Below are positions 1 through 12,009 of a DNA stretch of 64,000 bases, one piece after another; the stretch's first letter is position 1, and each line of letters starts with the position of its first letter. The DNA comes from Octopus sinensis (lineage: Eukaryota). The position numbers were made by a program, and so were the translations under genes. The notes below the pieces were generated by a model. It was not told where the DNA came from and ran no database searches. It was given only the letters and a program-made list of their open reading frames with translations. The DNA is taken from contig NC_042998.1 of the NCBI RefSeq assembly GCF_006345805.1, forward strand, positions 89,528,001 through 89,592,000, read 5' to 3'.

Positions 1-779
1 CTCCCCCCCCCCCCTCTCTCTCTCTTTCTCTGCGTTACTGATGTTTTCCAAGGCAAGAGCCGATATAACTTTCCACTATTGTAGTCGCGAATGTTACTGT
101 CCGAAGGCAAGGTGGTGGAATATATACTGAGAAATATCTCGTCCGGCACTCTAATATATTCCAACAATCCACCGACCTAGATTAAGTTATGCAGTCTACG
201 ATACACTGTTGTTGAAAACGAAGTCGGAATAGTCAAGGCTGGAATGCCTTTTGATCATTGGTCAGCTTGAAGAGATTTAACTTAGGGGTAAACAAAACAA
301 CTGTCATAGTAGTTTATTCGTGTTCTGATATGATTCAAAGTATTTTTTAAATTTTATTCTGTAGTAGCAGACAAATGATCTAAAATATGGCTGTTTTCTA
401 ATGTCCTAAAAATTTGTTATTGTTTATTATCATGGTCGTTATCGTCGTTGTCGTCATTACCGCTGTTGTTATGTAGTTCTAGTTGGCTCTGTCCCGGCAG
501 TTATACAACACGGAGGGTATCAATAGAACTCTTAGTAACAAATATAGATGTTGGATTTGGTTTGTTGTCTTCCGTTTTGATCTAGAAACTTGTGTATCTC
601 TTCACACTACTATTAAATAGCAGGCTGTATAAGTTATATTGTAATAAGCAGAGCGACTTCTCTATGATTTACAAGTCTCGTTTCTGATTGAATTAATTTT
701 TCTACTTTTTGTTTTGGCATATCCGACAGTCATTGTGGCTTCGAAGGAAAAGTTTTACAGTGACTTCTAAGTTGTGTCT

Positions 780-1975
780 TGCGAGCTGTCATCAGTTTGG
801 CTCGTGCTTATTGCACGGATTATCGTGACTCGTTCTTTCCAGTCTATTCGGTCTGCTATTGCACGTGGTATGTCTTCTTGGGTGCACTTGGAATCCTCAC
901 ACAATTGTTTTATTTAGGTTCGATGACGTCGACCATTAGTTGTATAACTATATTTCGGTTCCTAAAGAAGAACGTCATTCATGATCCTCCAATAGCTCCC
1001 CGGCAATGGCCAGCAAATTTTGTCTTTTTCTCTTATAACGTGTGATATTACCGGTAAATTACCATACAGATGTTCTTTTGTAGGGTGTTACCTCCAGATG
1101 CCTAGAGCAGCTCGAAGCATTCTTGTATAAGTTCCGTTAATTTTCTTTTCAAGACACATTGTTTCGAGTTCATGTTGTACAACCTTATAGCAGAACTGAC
1201 AGCAAAACTACCTGAAAGAAATTACGTTTCAAATTTAATGGCAGCTTAGATTTCCAGACTGTCGATAATTTATGTAAAGCTGCCCAGGCTTTGCCGATTC
1301 GGACATGAACGTCACTTGTAGACAGATCTTCCTTTGCGCTTTTACTTCCGCAGTATGTGAATTCGCCAAAATTTTTCAAGGATTTTCCAGATGCGGAGTT
1401 AAGGTTGCCGCTCTGGCTGTGCATCATATATATATTCTGTCTCGTCCGAGTTGATGTAGAGACCAACACCTTTAGCAGCAGTTTCAATGCTGTTCAGGGG
1501 AGACTTTGTATCACAAATTTTTACTGCTAGGAGCGCCAAGTCATCAGGGTAGTCAGCATCTGTACTAGTCACAGCTGGAAAACGTCTGCTTTTAGTTGGT
1601 TGAAGAGTGAATCCTTTGTCTTTCGTTTCATCTACATAGGTACGTAGAACATAATCTTTACATATAATGAACAGGTAGGGTGCCAAGATGCCACCCTGGG
1701 GGATACCAGCCGCTATGTCAAAAAACTGTATCACCATCTGGATGATGAGTATAGACTGGGTATTTCTATACAACATCATGATGGAATTAACAGTTTCCTT
1801 TAGGGTACTATATGCATGGAGTATATCTTCCAGTTTTTCTTGTGTGTATCGAGCCAAAGGCCCTAGAAAAGTCAGCAAATAGGAGGATTGCTTTCAGGTT
1901 ACTCGCACAAGGATTTTTGCGATCTCCGGCTGGATACAATTGAGTATCATGGCATTGTAAACTTTCCACAGAAAA
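780..1975 (-). mobile_element. Degenerate RTE-type non-LTR retrotransposon, RT and C-terminal fragment
   Basis: ORF pieces ILLFADFSRAFGSIH, GIPQGGILAPYLFIICKDYVLR, DYPDDLALL, GLYINSDETEYI and VRIGKAWAALHKLSTVWKS are RT motifs; multiple frameshifts and stops. Confidence 0.85.
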
Positions 1976-2239
1976 AAAAAACAAGAGCAAGTTGTGAGTT
2001 AATGAATATGCATTTTATTTATAAAGTATTTAGTAAGCCCTTAGTTAAATGTTAAATTTGTTTTCTAACTTCAATTAGAAACAAACAGTAACACACACAT
2101 ACACAAACACAGACACACAAACACACACACTCACACAAGCACATGCACACACAGACAAACACACTAAACTCCAAACAATTTTACATTGAATGGAATTTGT
2201 GGATAACATATTTATTCTTCTACAAGAACAGTATTGAAA

Positions 2240-2463
2240 GCGACTCCAAAGCTTCAGCCTGCCTTGCTTTCATTGGGCTGTTTATGAAATCTATGAAGGC
2301 CTAAACGTCGAGATCATTCTCAACACTATTCTTGTTCATGAATAATAGATATGTATGTAGGTACGTACATACGTATACATTCTGCACCTTTTCTCTCAAC
2401 CAAATTCATTCAAAGGGCATTTGTCAGCCCGAGGCTGTAGTAGAAGACTTTTGCTCAAGAGGC
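2240..2463 (-). repeat. Left arm of a ~220 bp inverted duplication (partner 3449-3666)
   Basis: aaggcctaaacgtcgagatcattctcaacactattcttgttc and catttgtcagcccgaggct are reverse complements of sequence in 3449-3666. Confidence 0.85.
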
Positions 2464-2892
2464 TACATCATGGGATTGAACACAAAATCCCTGGCTGCGA
2501 AGTTGACTTCTTAATCATATAGGCATGCCTATAAATATTAATTCAATAAAAGGATATATTTCTTGATTTGCTCCGAAACAATTCTATCCAGCTAACCATT
2601 TACGTGTGTCCATCCATGTGTGGGTGTGATGGTGTTTATGTGTGTTGGTTTAACTAAACAGTTTATTTTTCTGCTCATAGCTGATTAGCTGAAGAGTTAG
2701 GTTTATATCCGGTTCACATCTTTCACCTGACACTCACCAGATGCTCGGATGAACATCTCGTCAGGGTCATATGACGTGAGAATAATATATGCCCTGCTGT
2801 TAAAGATATATATGTGTGTACATGTGTGTGTGCGAGCGTGCGTGCATGTGTACTAACAAAGAATTATGAGAGACACCACATGATTGATTAAG

Positions 2893-2906
2893 GATGAAGA
2901 AGAAGT

Positions 2907-2945
<39 letters not shown>

Positions 2946-3082
2946 AGAAGAAGAGGAGGAGGAAGAAGAAGAAGAAGAAGAAGAAGAAGAAGAAGAAGAG
3001 AAGAAGAAGAAGAAGAAGAAGAAGAAGAAGAAGAAGAAGAACTGCAACTACTACTACTACTACTAATAATAATAATAATAAT
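2893..3082. repeat. Compound (GAA/GAG)n-(ACT)n-(AAT)n microsatellite
   Basis: Direct reading. Confidence 0.95.
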
Positions 3083-3448
3083 AGTAATACAATGACAACA
3101 AGATTTGCAACAGATGAAAGCTACGTTGTGATCAACAGATACATTTCAATAGATTGATTGTTTTCTTCGATTATTCACTAATCCATGTCATAAACACAGT
3201 TACCTTTCGGAAATATCTTGTCTCTATGTTAAGTTTTATCAACAATGCATTATTGATAAAACTTAACACAGGGCAATGTTGATGCTATCTTATAAATTGG
3301 TCAGTGACAGTTTTTGTTTTTTTTTTCGTGTAGGACAATTTGGTGGAGGGCGATGTTCAGAAGCTTGCTGCGTATGTATGTATGTATGCAGGTATGTTCA
3401 TATATATATATATCTTGAGAGTATGTACACTCAGACACAATCCAATTA

Positions 3449-3666
3449 CATAGCATCTAGGACAAAAGGCTTCTACTAAAGCCTCGGGCTGACAAATGAC
3501 CTTTGAATGAATTCGGTTCAGAGAAAAGGTGCAGAAGCTTGTTGTGTATACGTATGTACGTATCTACATGCATATTTGTTATTCCTGAACAAGAATAGTG
3601 TTGAGAATGATCTTGACGTTTAGGCCTTTTCCGATGAAAATAAAGCAAGCTGAAGCTTTGAAGTTA
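3449..3666 (+). repeat. Right arm of the inverted duplication (SINE fragment plus fossil HHR-like tail)
   Basis: Reverse complement of 2240-2463 with scattered mismatches. Confidence 0.85.
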
Positions 3667-3727
3667 CTATCAATATGCATACATAGACACATACATATCA
3701 AATATACATACATACATATATATATGT

Positions 3728-3872
3728 GTGGCAAGAAGATTGCTTCCCAACCACATGATTCCAGGTTCAGTCCCACTACGTGGCACCTTCGGCAAGCGTC
3801 TTCTGCTATAGCCTCCGGCCGACCAAAACTTTATGAGTGGATTTGGTAAACGGAAACTGAAAGAAGCCCGTC
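3728..3872 (+). mobile_element. tRNA-derived SINE 5' portion
   Basis: ggttcagtcccactacgtggcacc B-box-like head ending gaagcccgtc; same family at 29040, 23846 and 50820. Confidence 0.8.
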
Positions 3873-4094
3873 ATATATATATAGCAATAATAAATCTCTG
3901 AACGAGATGTAAACAGTAACCGCTTGACAACGTAAAGTATACTAGCCATCAATATGGCTAACCACTAAGGGTGGGTGTTACTGTAGCTTTTAGCCCCAGG
4001 AGATCATCGTCTCCAGCTGGCTTTAGGCACACTATCTGTGCCCTTATGGTATTTGCAAAGGTAGGTCATCCCTCTCACGTAAGCCTAAGTGATT

Positions 4095-4140
4095 CGCACG
4101 GACTGCAGTTTCGAGGTGTTTTGCCTCTTGTCAACGCACG
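4095..4140 (-). ncRNA. Type I hammerhead ribozyme, U3-A8 variant (family A)
   Basis: CGUGCG-UUGACAA-GAGG caaaaca CCUC-GAAA-CUGCAG-UC-CGUGCG. Confidence 0.8.
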
Positions 4141-4502
4141 GTAATCACCGGTTTACGATGAAAAGGAAGACCTGTTTGCAAATACTTATGGGTTTTTCTA
4201 GTAACTACTGTCACTGATTTCGAAAAACTATCTGCAAGCTATAATAAATCTCTGAACGAGATGTAACAGATGTAACAGACAATGATCTCCTGGGGCTAAA
4301 AGCTACAGTAACACCCACCCTTAGTGGTTAGCCATATTGATGGCTAGTATACTTTACGTTGTCAAACGGTTACTGTTTACATCTCGTTCAGAGATTTATT
4401 ATTGCTTGCAGACAGTTTTTCGAAATCAGTGACAGTAGTTACTAGAAAAACCCATAAGTATTTGCAAACAGGTCTTCCTTTTCATCGTAAACCGGTGATT
4501 AC

Positions 4503-4547
4503 CGTGCGTTGACAAGAGGCAAACACCTCGAAACTGCAGTCCGTGCG
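4503..4547 (+). ncRNA. Type I hammerhead ribozyme, U3-A8 variant (family A)
   Basis: CGUGCG-UUGACAA-GAGG caaaca CCUC-GAAA-CUGCAG-UC-CGUGCG; stem I has 6 bp with 2 G-U pairs; stem III is the palindrome ACUGCAGU. Confidence 0.8.
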
Positions 4548-5457
4548 AATCACTTAGGCTTACGAGAGAGGGATGACCTACCTTTGCAAATACCATGAGG
4601 GCACAGATAGTGTGCCTAAAGCCAGCTGGAGACGATGATCTCCTGGGGCTAAAAGCTACAGTAGCACCCACCCCTAGTGGTTAGCCATATTGATGGCTAC
4701 TATACTTTACGTTATATATATATATATAAACTCATACCTGCATATAAATACAACAACCATTTTAAAACTTCTTTTCTCACACTTCATTCATTAGTACAGG
4801 TACCTTCTCTCGCTCTCTCTCTCTCTGTGTCTCTCTCTCTCTCTCGCACACATACGCGCGCGCACAAACATATTTTGTTTCTTTCATTCATTTATTCATT
4901 CTTTCATTCCTTGATTACACTTTCACATTCATACATCTCCTCACTCTCCCTCGTTCAAACTTTCGAGCTTCCACGTATTTCTCGGCTGTCTTTTCTTCAG
5001 TTTCTTTCTCTTTTGCTCTCTCTTTTCCTCTTTCATTCTCACTCTCAGACATTCTGTCTCGATTTGTCTTTCTGGTTTTGAGTTTGAAGAAACCTTAAAC
5101 GGAATACAAATAGTCTATCTTGCATATTGTTTTTACACTAGAGTGCAATATAAAGTCTGCAAACGGCCCTTAGTTGCAGGCTGAAAAATGTCTTCAGATC
5201 TGCACACTGCTGTGCAAATCATACATTATCTGATATCAAATTACGATCTATTTCCTTGCAGATATGCATAAACACATTGAGAGGCAGACAGATTCCCAGA
5301 ATAGGGAGACAGACGAAGAAGCAGACAGTTCGACAGAGGGATAGGCAATATCAGGGAGTGTGAAATAGAGCGAATGAAGCTGAGGAAGAAAGAAAGAGTA
5401 AAAAGAGAAGAGAATGTATAGTCTGCCACACACACACACACCACACACACACACACA

Positions 5458-5512
<55 letters not shown>

Positions 5513-5573
5513 CATACGCACGCACGCACAAGCATATTTTCATCTGTAAGTACACGTGTGTGTCTATATATAC

Positions 5574-5640
<67 letters not shown>

Positions 5641-6015
5641 AGAGGAGAGAGAGAGGAAGAGAGAGACAGTCAGTAAGAGAGGCATGTAGATGGCTAGAAT
5701 TCGCAGGGATATTCTTGTGTTTTTACATATGTGTATATATACAAAAACGTGTGTGTGTGTGCGTGCGTGCGTGTGTATGTATGTGTGTGTGCGTGCGTGT
5801 GTGCGTGTGTGCGTGCGTGTATGTGCGCGTGCGTACATGTGTGCGTGCATACATGTGTGCGTGCGTGCAAGTGCGCGTGTGTATGTGAGTGCAAGTGTGC
5901 GAGTGTATGTGTTTATGTGAGTGCCTTACGCGTATGAATCTGTATGTATGCATGTATGTACTTACGTGTGTATGCATTTATGTATGTATGTATCTATCAA
6001 TCAATTTCTCTCTCG

Positions 6016-6063
<48 letters not shown>

Positions 6064-6166
6064 TTCCCTCTCTTTCTCTCTTTTCCTCTCTTTCTCTTTC
6101 TCTTCTCTTTCTGTCTCTCTCACTTTCTCTTTCTCTCTTTCTTTCTCGCTCACTCTTACACACACA

Positions 6167-6218
<52 letters not shown>

Positions 6219-7011
6219 GTGTGTGTGTGTGTGTGTGTGTATTATATGTACATATCTTATGAAAAATGTCTGGCTTTTATTTAAAAGAAATGTTTTATTC
6301 AATATAATTGTTAGCATTATGTAAATATGTACTCTTATAGATATACATTGTCTGAAAACTGACTTAATTGCGCCTACACAATATCAAATGAGCTGATCCG
6401 TTTCATCTTTCATGGTTTATGAAGGATATAGGCTTTCATCACTGATATTTTCATCCAATATATAGTGGGCATTACCCCCTACACACATACTACGATAATG
6501 ATATTTTATTTGCTAGTTTAAAATGGTTAATGTATTACAGTAGGTTCCCCCAATGGCAAGTATCAGATTTTCAACCGGATTCTAAGGATTTCATCAACTG
6601 TATGTAAATGTTACTTATGTTATTATAGGGTCTGTACGCTGGGGGTGTGACTGTTGTTATTGCTGTCGTTCCTGCAGCTGCTTGTAGCCTTACGTTTTTT
6701 TTTGTTGTCGTTTAGCCAACAGTAACTTTAATGATGCAGACCTATGATCAAAAAGCATTCCATCATGCCCTTCCCGTCTTTCATGATGTTAGACGCAATG
6801 CATCTAGAATTACATTTTCCAATAAGCTCTATTCTGAAGACGTATGGTGTGACTTTATTTTTATGGATATTTTTAATAATTTGGTGAGGAGACAAGCCTT
6901 CTGAGTTGATATTCTTCAACATCCACAAATTTACTACTACAAGAACAACATGGACAGAGAAGAAAATTAGAGATACTTTGTTTTGCCTACGTTTATAAGA
7001 AAATAACGTAA

Positions 7012-7178
7012 TACAGTTCTATATTTAAGAGATGAGGAATTATGTACATTATTTACATTTGACTGATAGTTGTCTTCATCTTGTTTGTTGTTAACACAAC
7101 GTTTCAGCTGATATACCCTCCAGCCTTCATCAGGTGTCTTGGGGAAAGTTCGAACCTGATTTCCCATTCCTAAAGTAT
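7012..7178 (-). mobile_element. Family C HHR-bearing repeat (Penelope pLTR-like)
   Basis: Homologous to 9436-9581, 18165-18305, 55123-55289 and 55877-56008. Confidence 0.85.
7093..7138 (-). ncRNA. Minimal type I hammerhead ribozyme (family C)
   Basis: GACAC-CUGAUGA-A-GGCUG gaggguauau CAGCU-GAAA-C GUU-GUGUU; stem III is the palindrome AACGUU. Confidence 0.8.
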
Positions 7179-7196
7179 TTTTTGTTGTTGTTATTA

Positions 7197-7261
<65 letters not shown>

Positions 7262-7291
7262 GTTATTTTCATTATCATTATTATTATTATT

Positions 7292-9268
7292 CAGTAGTTT
7301 TATTTTTATAGCGTGCTTTCACTTCACTACCGAGCACAGCTCTGTGTGCCTTGGGTATGTGCTGTGAGTTGTTGTGATGCTCTGATGGTTATTGTATGGA
7401 AAGTGTTCTGCGTAGGATGTGTGCAGTGCCTAGTAGTGCAATTTTCTGTATGTTATATGTGTTTGTAAGTCCGGGTGTTTTTGTTAAGTATTTGTCTGAA
7501 TATTTTTTTATCATGCCTAATGCACCTACTATGATAGGAATTGTTTCTGTTTTCAGATTCCACATTCTAGTTACCTCTATTTCCAGGTCTTTGTATTTTG
7601 AGAGTTTCTCCATTTCTTTTAGAGACACGTTGTCATCAGCCGGTATTGATACATCAATTAGAAAGCATTTTTTTTCTTCATGGTCTCTGACAACTATATC
7701 TGGTCTGTTGGCCTTAATTTCTCTATCTGTGTGTATCGGCATATCCCAGAGTATGGTTGCTTTCTCGTTTTCTGTGACCTTTTCTGGTGTGTGCCTATAC
7801 CATCTTTTTTCTGTTGTTATTCCATAATGTTGGCATAGCTTCCAATGTATGTAGGTTCCAACTCTGTCATGTCTGTGAATATATTCCTTCTTAGCCAGGA
7901 CTGGGCAGCTAGAGATAATATGATTTATTGTTTCTTGTCCATCTCCACATATTCTGCAGTTACTTGTAATATTTCTTTTCATTAAATGTTTTTGGCAAAT
8001 TCTGGTGGGGAGGCTTTGGTCTTGTGCTGCAATTAAAAATCCCTCTGTTTCTGCTTTGAGTCCTGAGCTTCTCAACCATTGCTGGGATTTTTCTTTGTCT
8101 ATTTCTTTTGCGTTTAGTTTAGTCCAGTATTTACCATGAAGGGGCTTTTCTTGCCATCGTTTTATCATGGTTCGTTGCTGTTCTATTTTAGTTTGGATTT
8201 CATTTGTTTTATAGCTTTTGTTGTTTCTTCATCTTCTTCTTCTTCTTCATGTTTATTAGGTGGTATGATTTCTTGTTTGTATTTGTCAGCTTCCTTAAAT
8301 ACTGAGAACAGTTTTTTGTTTTGCTCGTGTTTTGCCGCTATCTGGATCAGTTTTCCTGACTTCTGAAGTAGATATTTTTGCAGTCCTATGGTGGTTGTTT
8401 TATAGTAGTTTTCCAGCTGTATAAGGCCTCTACCACCTTTTATACGTTGTATATATAGTCTTTCTATGTCAGATTTTGGGTGATGCATCCTAGATCCTGT
8501 CATTATTTTTCTTGTTTTCCTATCTATTTTGGTCAGTTCATTTCGTGTCCAGTTAAGGATATTGTAGCTGTAACTTATAACTGGGACAGCTAAAGTGTTG
8601 ATACCTATTATCTTGTTTTTAGCATTGAGCTCTGTGTTTAGTATTGATCTAACTCGTCTATAATATTCTTTTTTTATTTTCTCTTCATTTGTGTGTGTTG
8701 TGTCTTATCTAGTTCATGGATTCCTAGTATTTGTAAGTTTGGCTTTGGTCTAATTCTTTTATTTCATTGGTTTTATCTAGTGTGATGTTGTTACTCTTAA
8801 CTAGTTTTCCTCTTTTCATGGTTACTTTGGCGCATTTTTCTAATCCAAATTTCATATCTATTTCTTTGGTAAATCCATGAACTGTCTTTAATAGTGTTTC
8901 CAGCTGTTTGTCATTTGCAGCGTATAGTTTTAGGTCATCCATATATAAAAGGTGGCTGATCGTTTATATCCGCCGTAACATTTATATCCGCATCCAGTTC
9001 TATTTAGCATATCAGATAGAGGTGACAGTGCCAAGCAGAAAAGGAGTGGAGAGAGCGTGTCTCCCTGGGATATTCCTCTTCTAATGGGGATGTCTTTGGT
9101 TTTCATGAGTCCCTCTTTTGTTTGGAGGTGTAGGACTGTTTGCCATTTATTCATAGAGTGCTCTATGAATTTTATGATTGTTGGTGCTACTTTGTTAATG
9201 GCTAGTGTTTCGAGGATCCATGTGTGGGGGATGCTATCAAACGCCTTTTTGTAGTCAATCCAGGCCAT
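7292..9268 (-). mobile_element. 5'-truncated R4/Dong-clade non-LTR retrotransposon (RT + CCHC + restriction-like endonuclease)
   Basis: AWIDYKKAFDSIPH, RGISQGDTLSPLLF, (Y)MDDLKLYA, CRICGDGQETINHIISSC and RPDIVV..IDVSIP..KLSKY; about 3 frameshifts; (TAA)n on both sides, the established Dong target. Confidence 0.9.
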
Positions 9269-9284
9269 ATTATTATTATTATTA

Positions 9285-9327
<43 letters not shown>

Positions 9328-9345
9328 TTCATTATCATTATTATT

Positions 9346-9404
<59 letters not shown>

Positions 9405-9435
9405 CAACAACATAAGTATTTTTCGATGTTGTTGT

Positions 9436-9581
9436 CAACATCGAAAAATACCTTAGGAATGAGAACCCAGGTTCGAAATTTCCCCAAGATACCTGATGAA
9501 GACTGGAGGGTATATCAGCCGAAACGTTGTGTTAACAACAAACAATATGAGGACAAATATCCGTCAAATGTAAGTAATGTA
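9436..9581 (+). mobile_element. Family C HHR-bearing repeat
   Basis: caacatcgaaaaataccttaggaatgagaacccagg...ccgtcaaatgtaa. Confidence 0.85.
9488..9533 (+). ncRNA. Minimal type I hammerhead ribozyme (family C)
   Basis: GAUAC-CUGAUGA-A-GACUG..CAGCC-GAAA-C GUU-GUGUU; one stem II mismatch. Confidence 0.7.
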
Positions 9582-9599
9582 AATATTAAAATAACGTAA

Positions 9600-11422
9600 A
9601 TAGCTGCACTATTTTAAAATGGACCAGATGTGCGATATGGAGAATATAATCGGATATCCAGGATATATGAAGAGCTCCTGAAAATCTATATTGGATGTGT
9701 AAATATATTTCTGGGAGGACAGCTGCAATTCTCTGGAAACTGGGACGTCCATAATACCATACAGAAATAATCTTTGGTTTGAATGATAGTAAAAGAGCTT
9801 CTAAACAAGCAAAGAGGACATTTTGATGTTGGATTTGCATCGTATATCTCTCCCTTTCTATTTTTACCTCATTATATATATATAATAGAGCACGTGGAGC
9901 TCTAAAATATGGGAGTTAAGGCCCCTATTAGAGAGGTCTTAAAGTCAACCAGAGAAGTTGAATTGTTGGAAATCTTTTTTAACTTGGATCTATTCTTCAA
10001 ACTCCTTTGAAATCAGAAATATATGAATGAAAGCTACAGGAAACCAAAAGACGAATGATCACAATAAGCAGTCAGCTTTCCCTACCCTAGCCGTTACCAC
10101 TCCCCAATGTAGGATTTCTCACCATACAGGTAACCGGCACAGCCGTAAGATGCATTACGGATCTATAACAATTGGAAGGGCGTGACCCAACTCAAATAAA
10201 CATTAACAACTGTGTGACGTGAGGGCTAAGGGGAAATGAAAGTGTAACCTCTGGAGTTTGCCAATGATCACTTTGCCAATAAGTAACTGAACAGAATAAA
10301 TTTACAATCTATAAATCTCTTTGAATGACCAATCACATACCTGGAAAAGCCTTGAAATAAATGTTTACCATCTGGGGACTATCTCTGACCCAGTGATAAT
10401 AAAAATACTCAAAGGAGGTCTGCAACCAAATAACTTTACTCAAAATAACACTTTGCGACTGAACCAGTGGAGGCAAAGATGCTTCTCCTTTACTTGACAA
10501 TTTATGCACAACATTGCAGAAATCACAATCTAAGTATACCTCAAAGCAAACTCTTACACTGTTGTACTATTGAATTACAAATAACGCTCATCAGGCATCC
10601 TTCCAAGACTACAATTGTATTTGTCTTGGTATAGGAAATATGACTAAATTGTGGGAGTTAAGCCCCCTTAAGAGGTCTTACTATCCTCCTAAGAAGTTGA
10701 AATTTTAGGAATATTACTTCATTTGTGTCGAATATCTATGGCTAAAATTTCATCCACAGTAAAAATATGTGAATTTACATGGTTGTTATAGCCTCATTTA
10801 TGGCCCCTCACTTATAAACATATACTGCATTACAATCAATACCTTTGGCCTTGTTATGGATCATAAAAAATGAGTAAAATTTGGGAGTGTCTTAGAATCC
10901 CCAAGAGAAGCGGAAACTTTGGGAATACTTCTTGATTTGTGTCAATTACCTATGGTTGAACTTTCATCAACATCGGAAATTTATGGATTTTCATGGGGGA
11001 TTCTTCCCCCTTTAAGCTCCCTCAAATTCAAACCAAACATACTGCATTATACCCGTCCTTATGCATTGAATCCAAGTTCCAAATATCATAAGGATTCATT
11101 CAGTAATTTTGATCCATGAAAAATAACAAAATTTGGGGGTTAAGCCCTCGTTTGGGTGTCTTAGAATGATCCAAAGAAATGGAAATTTTGGGTATATTTT
11201 TTAAAATTTATTTCTACTACCTATGGTTCAAATCCCGAAGTATATGAATTTTCACGGAAAGGGGTTCTGCCCCACTGTATGCCCCTGAAAATCGTATGAA
11301 CTAATCGGCATTACCATTCCCCCTAAGCCTAGATTTCGTGTTCCAAATTTCATTAGGATCGGTTCAGTAGTTTTCGAGTCTATAAGTAACACACGAACAC
11401 ACAGACATTGACTTTTATATAA
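9600..11422 (+). mobile_element. Helentron/HINE-like non-autonomous element with internal degenerate repeats
   Basis: 3' end ccaaatttcattaggatcggttcagtagttttc...acacacagacattgacttttatata; gggagttaagccc-like motif recurs at 9911, 10653, 10883 and 11135; left boundary uncertain. Confidence 0.5.
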
Positions 11423-11469
11423 TTATATATATATATATATATAATATATATATATATATATTATACATA

Positions 11470-11642
11470 CCGGAGTAAACACATAAATGTGAAACAAGGT
11501 GGAAAAAAGAGTACTCAAATACCAGTGGTAGAGTAATATTGAATTGATATATCGGTTCCATTCTAGCAAAAACTGTCTGATGAACGGCAACGAGAAACTC
11601 AGAGTAACAGATTTTGATGAATTTTCTGCTGCTTTAAATAAA

Positions 11643-11645
<3 letters not shown>
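11470..11645 (+). mobile_element. Family E short HHR-bearing insert within (TA)n
   Basis: About 175 bp non-microsatellite segment between two (TA)n runs, containing an HHR. Confidence 0.65.
11573..11610 (+). ncRNA. Minimal type I hammerhead ribozyme (family E)
   Basis: CUGU-CUGAUGA-a CG gcaa CG a-GAAA-CUCAGAG-UA-ACAG; GNRA-capped stem II; near-palindromic stem III. Confidence 0.75.
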
Positions 11646-11695
<50 letters not shown>

Positions 11696-11922
11696 CAATT
11701 TAAAACCAGTAGCCTAGCATACAAAAATCTGAAAAATCAGAGAAAATTCTAATACATGTGTATATTTAAAGGCTAAAAACCACTATGTGGACAGCCATAT
11801 GCTAGAAGTAGATCACCTACGATCAAACTACAAAGAAAGAATGTTCTCCAGAGAAAAATTCAGCGGACGCCAGAACAATATGCGGGCAAGACAGGTGAAA
11901 AATATATAAAAAACAAGAATTA

Positions 11923-11997
11923 ATCGCAAACCGGTTTCGCCTATTAACGAATAAATCACTTACGCAATCCTTCGTCCGTAGGACTTGTCAGTACGAT
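11923..11997 (-). ncRNA. Type I hammerhead-like motif with long stem II (family F), G8A
   Basis: AUCGUA-CUGACAA-GUCCUA..UAGGC-GAAA-CCGG-UU-UGCGAU; 6 bp stem I; palindrome AACCGGUU. Confidence 0.6.
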
Positions 11998-12009
11998 CGT
12001 TCCGAAAGC

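Larger units (their letters stand above)
3884..4713. mobile_element. Family A: 353-354 nt HHR-bearing monomer, about 1.1 copies on - then about 1.2 copies on +
   Basis: ataataaatctctgaacgagatgtaa at 3887 and 4241; atgatctcctggggc at 4282 and 4635; 4282-4713 is the reverse complement of the left block; flanked by (TA)n. Confidence 0.9.

Noticed and set aside
2738-2766. CUGACGA plus a 7 bp hairpin on the - strand
   Set aside because: GAAA does not follow the hairpin.
3884-4713. CRISPR-like array or classical MITE interpretation
   Set aside because: Eukaryotic context with no spacers. The arms are permuted head-to-tail monomers without defined TIR ends or a TSD.
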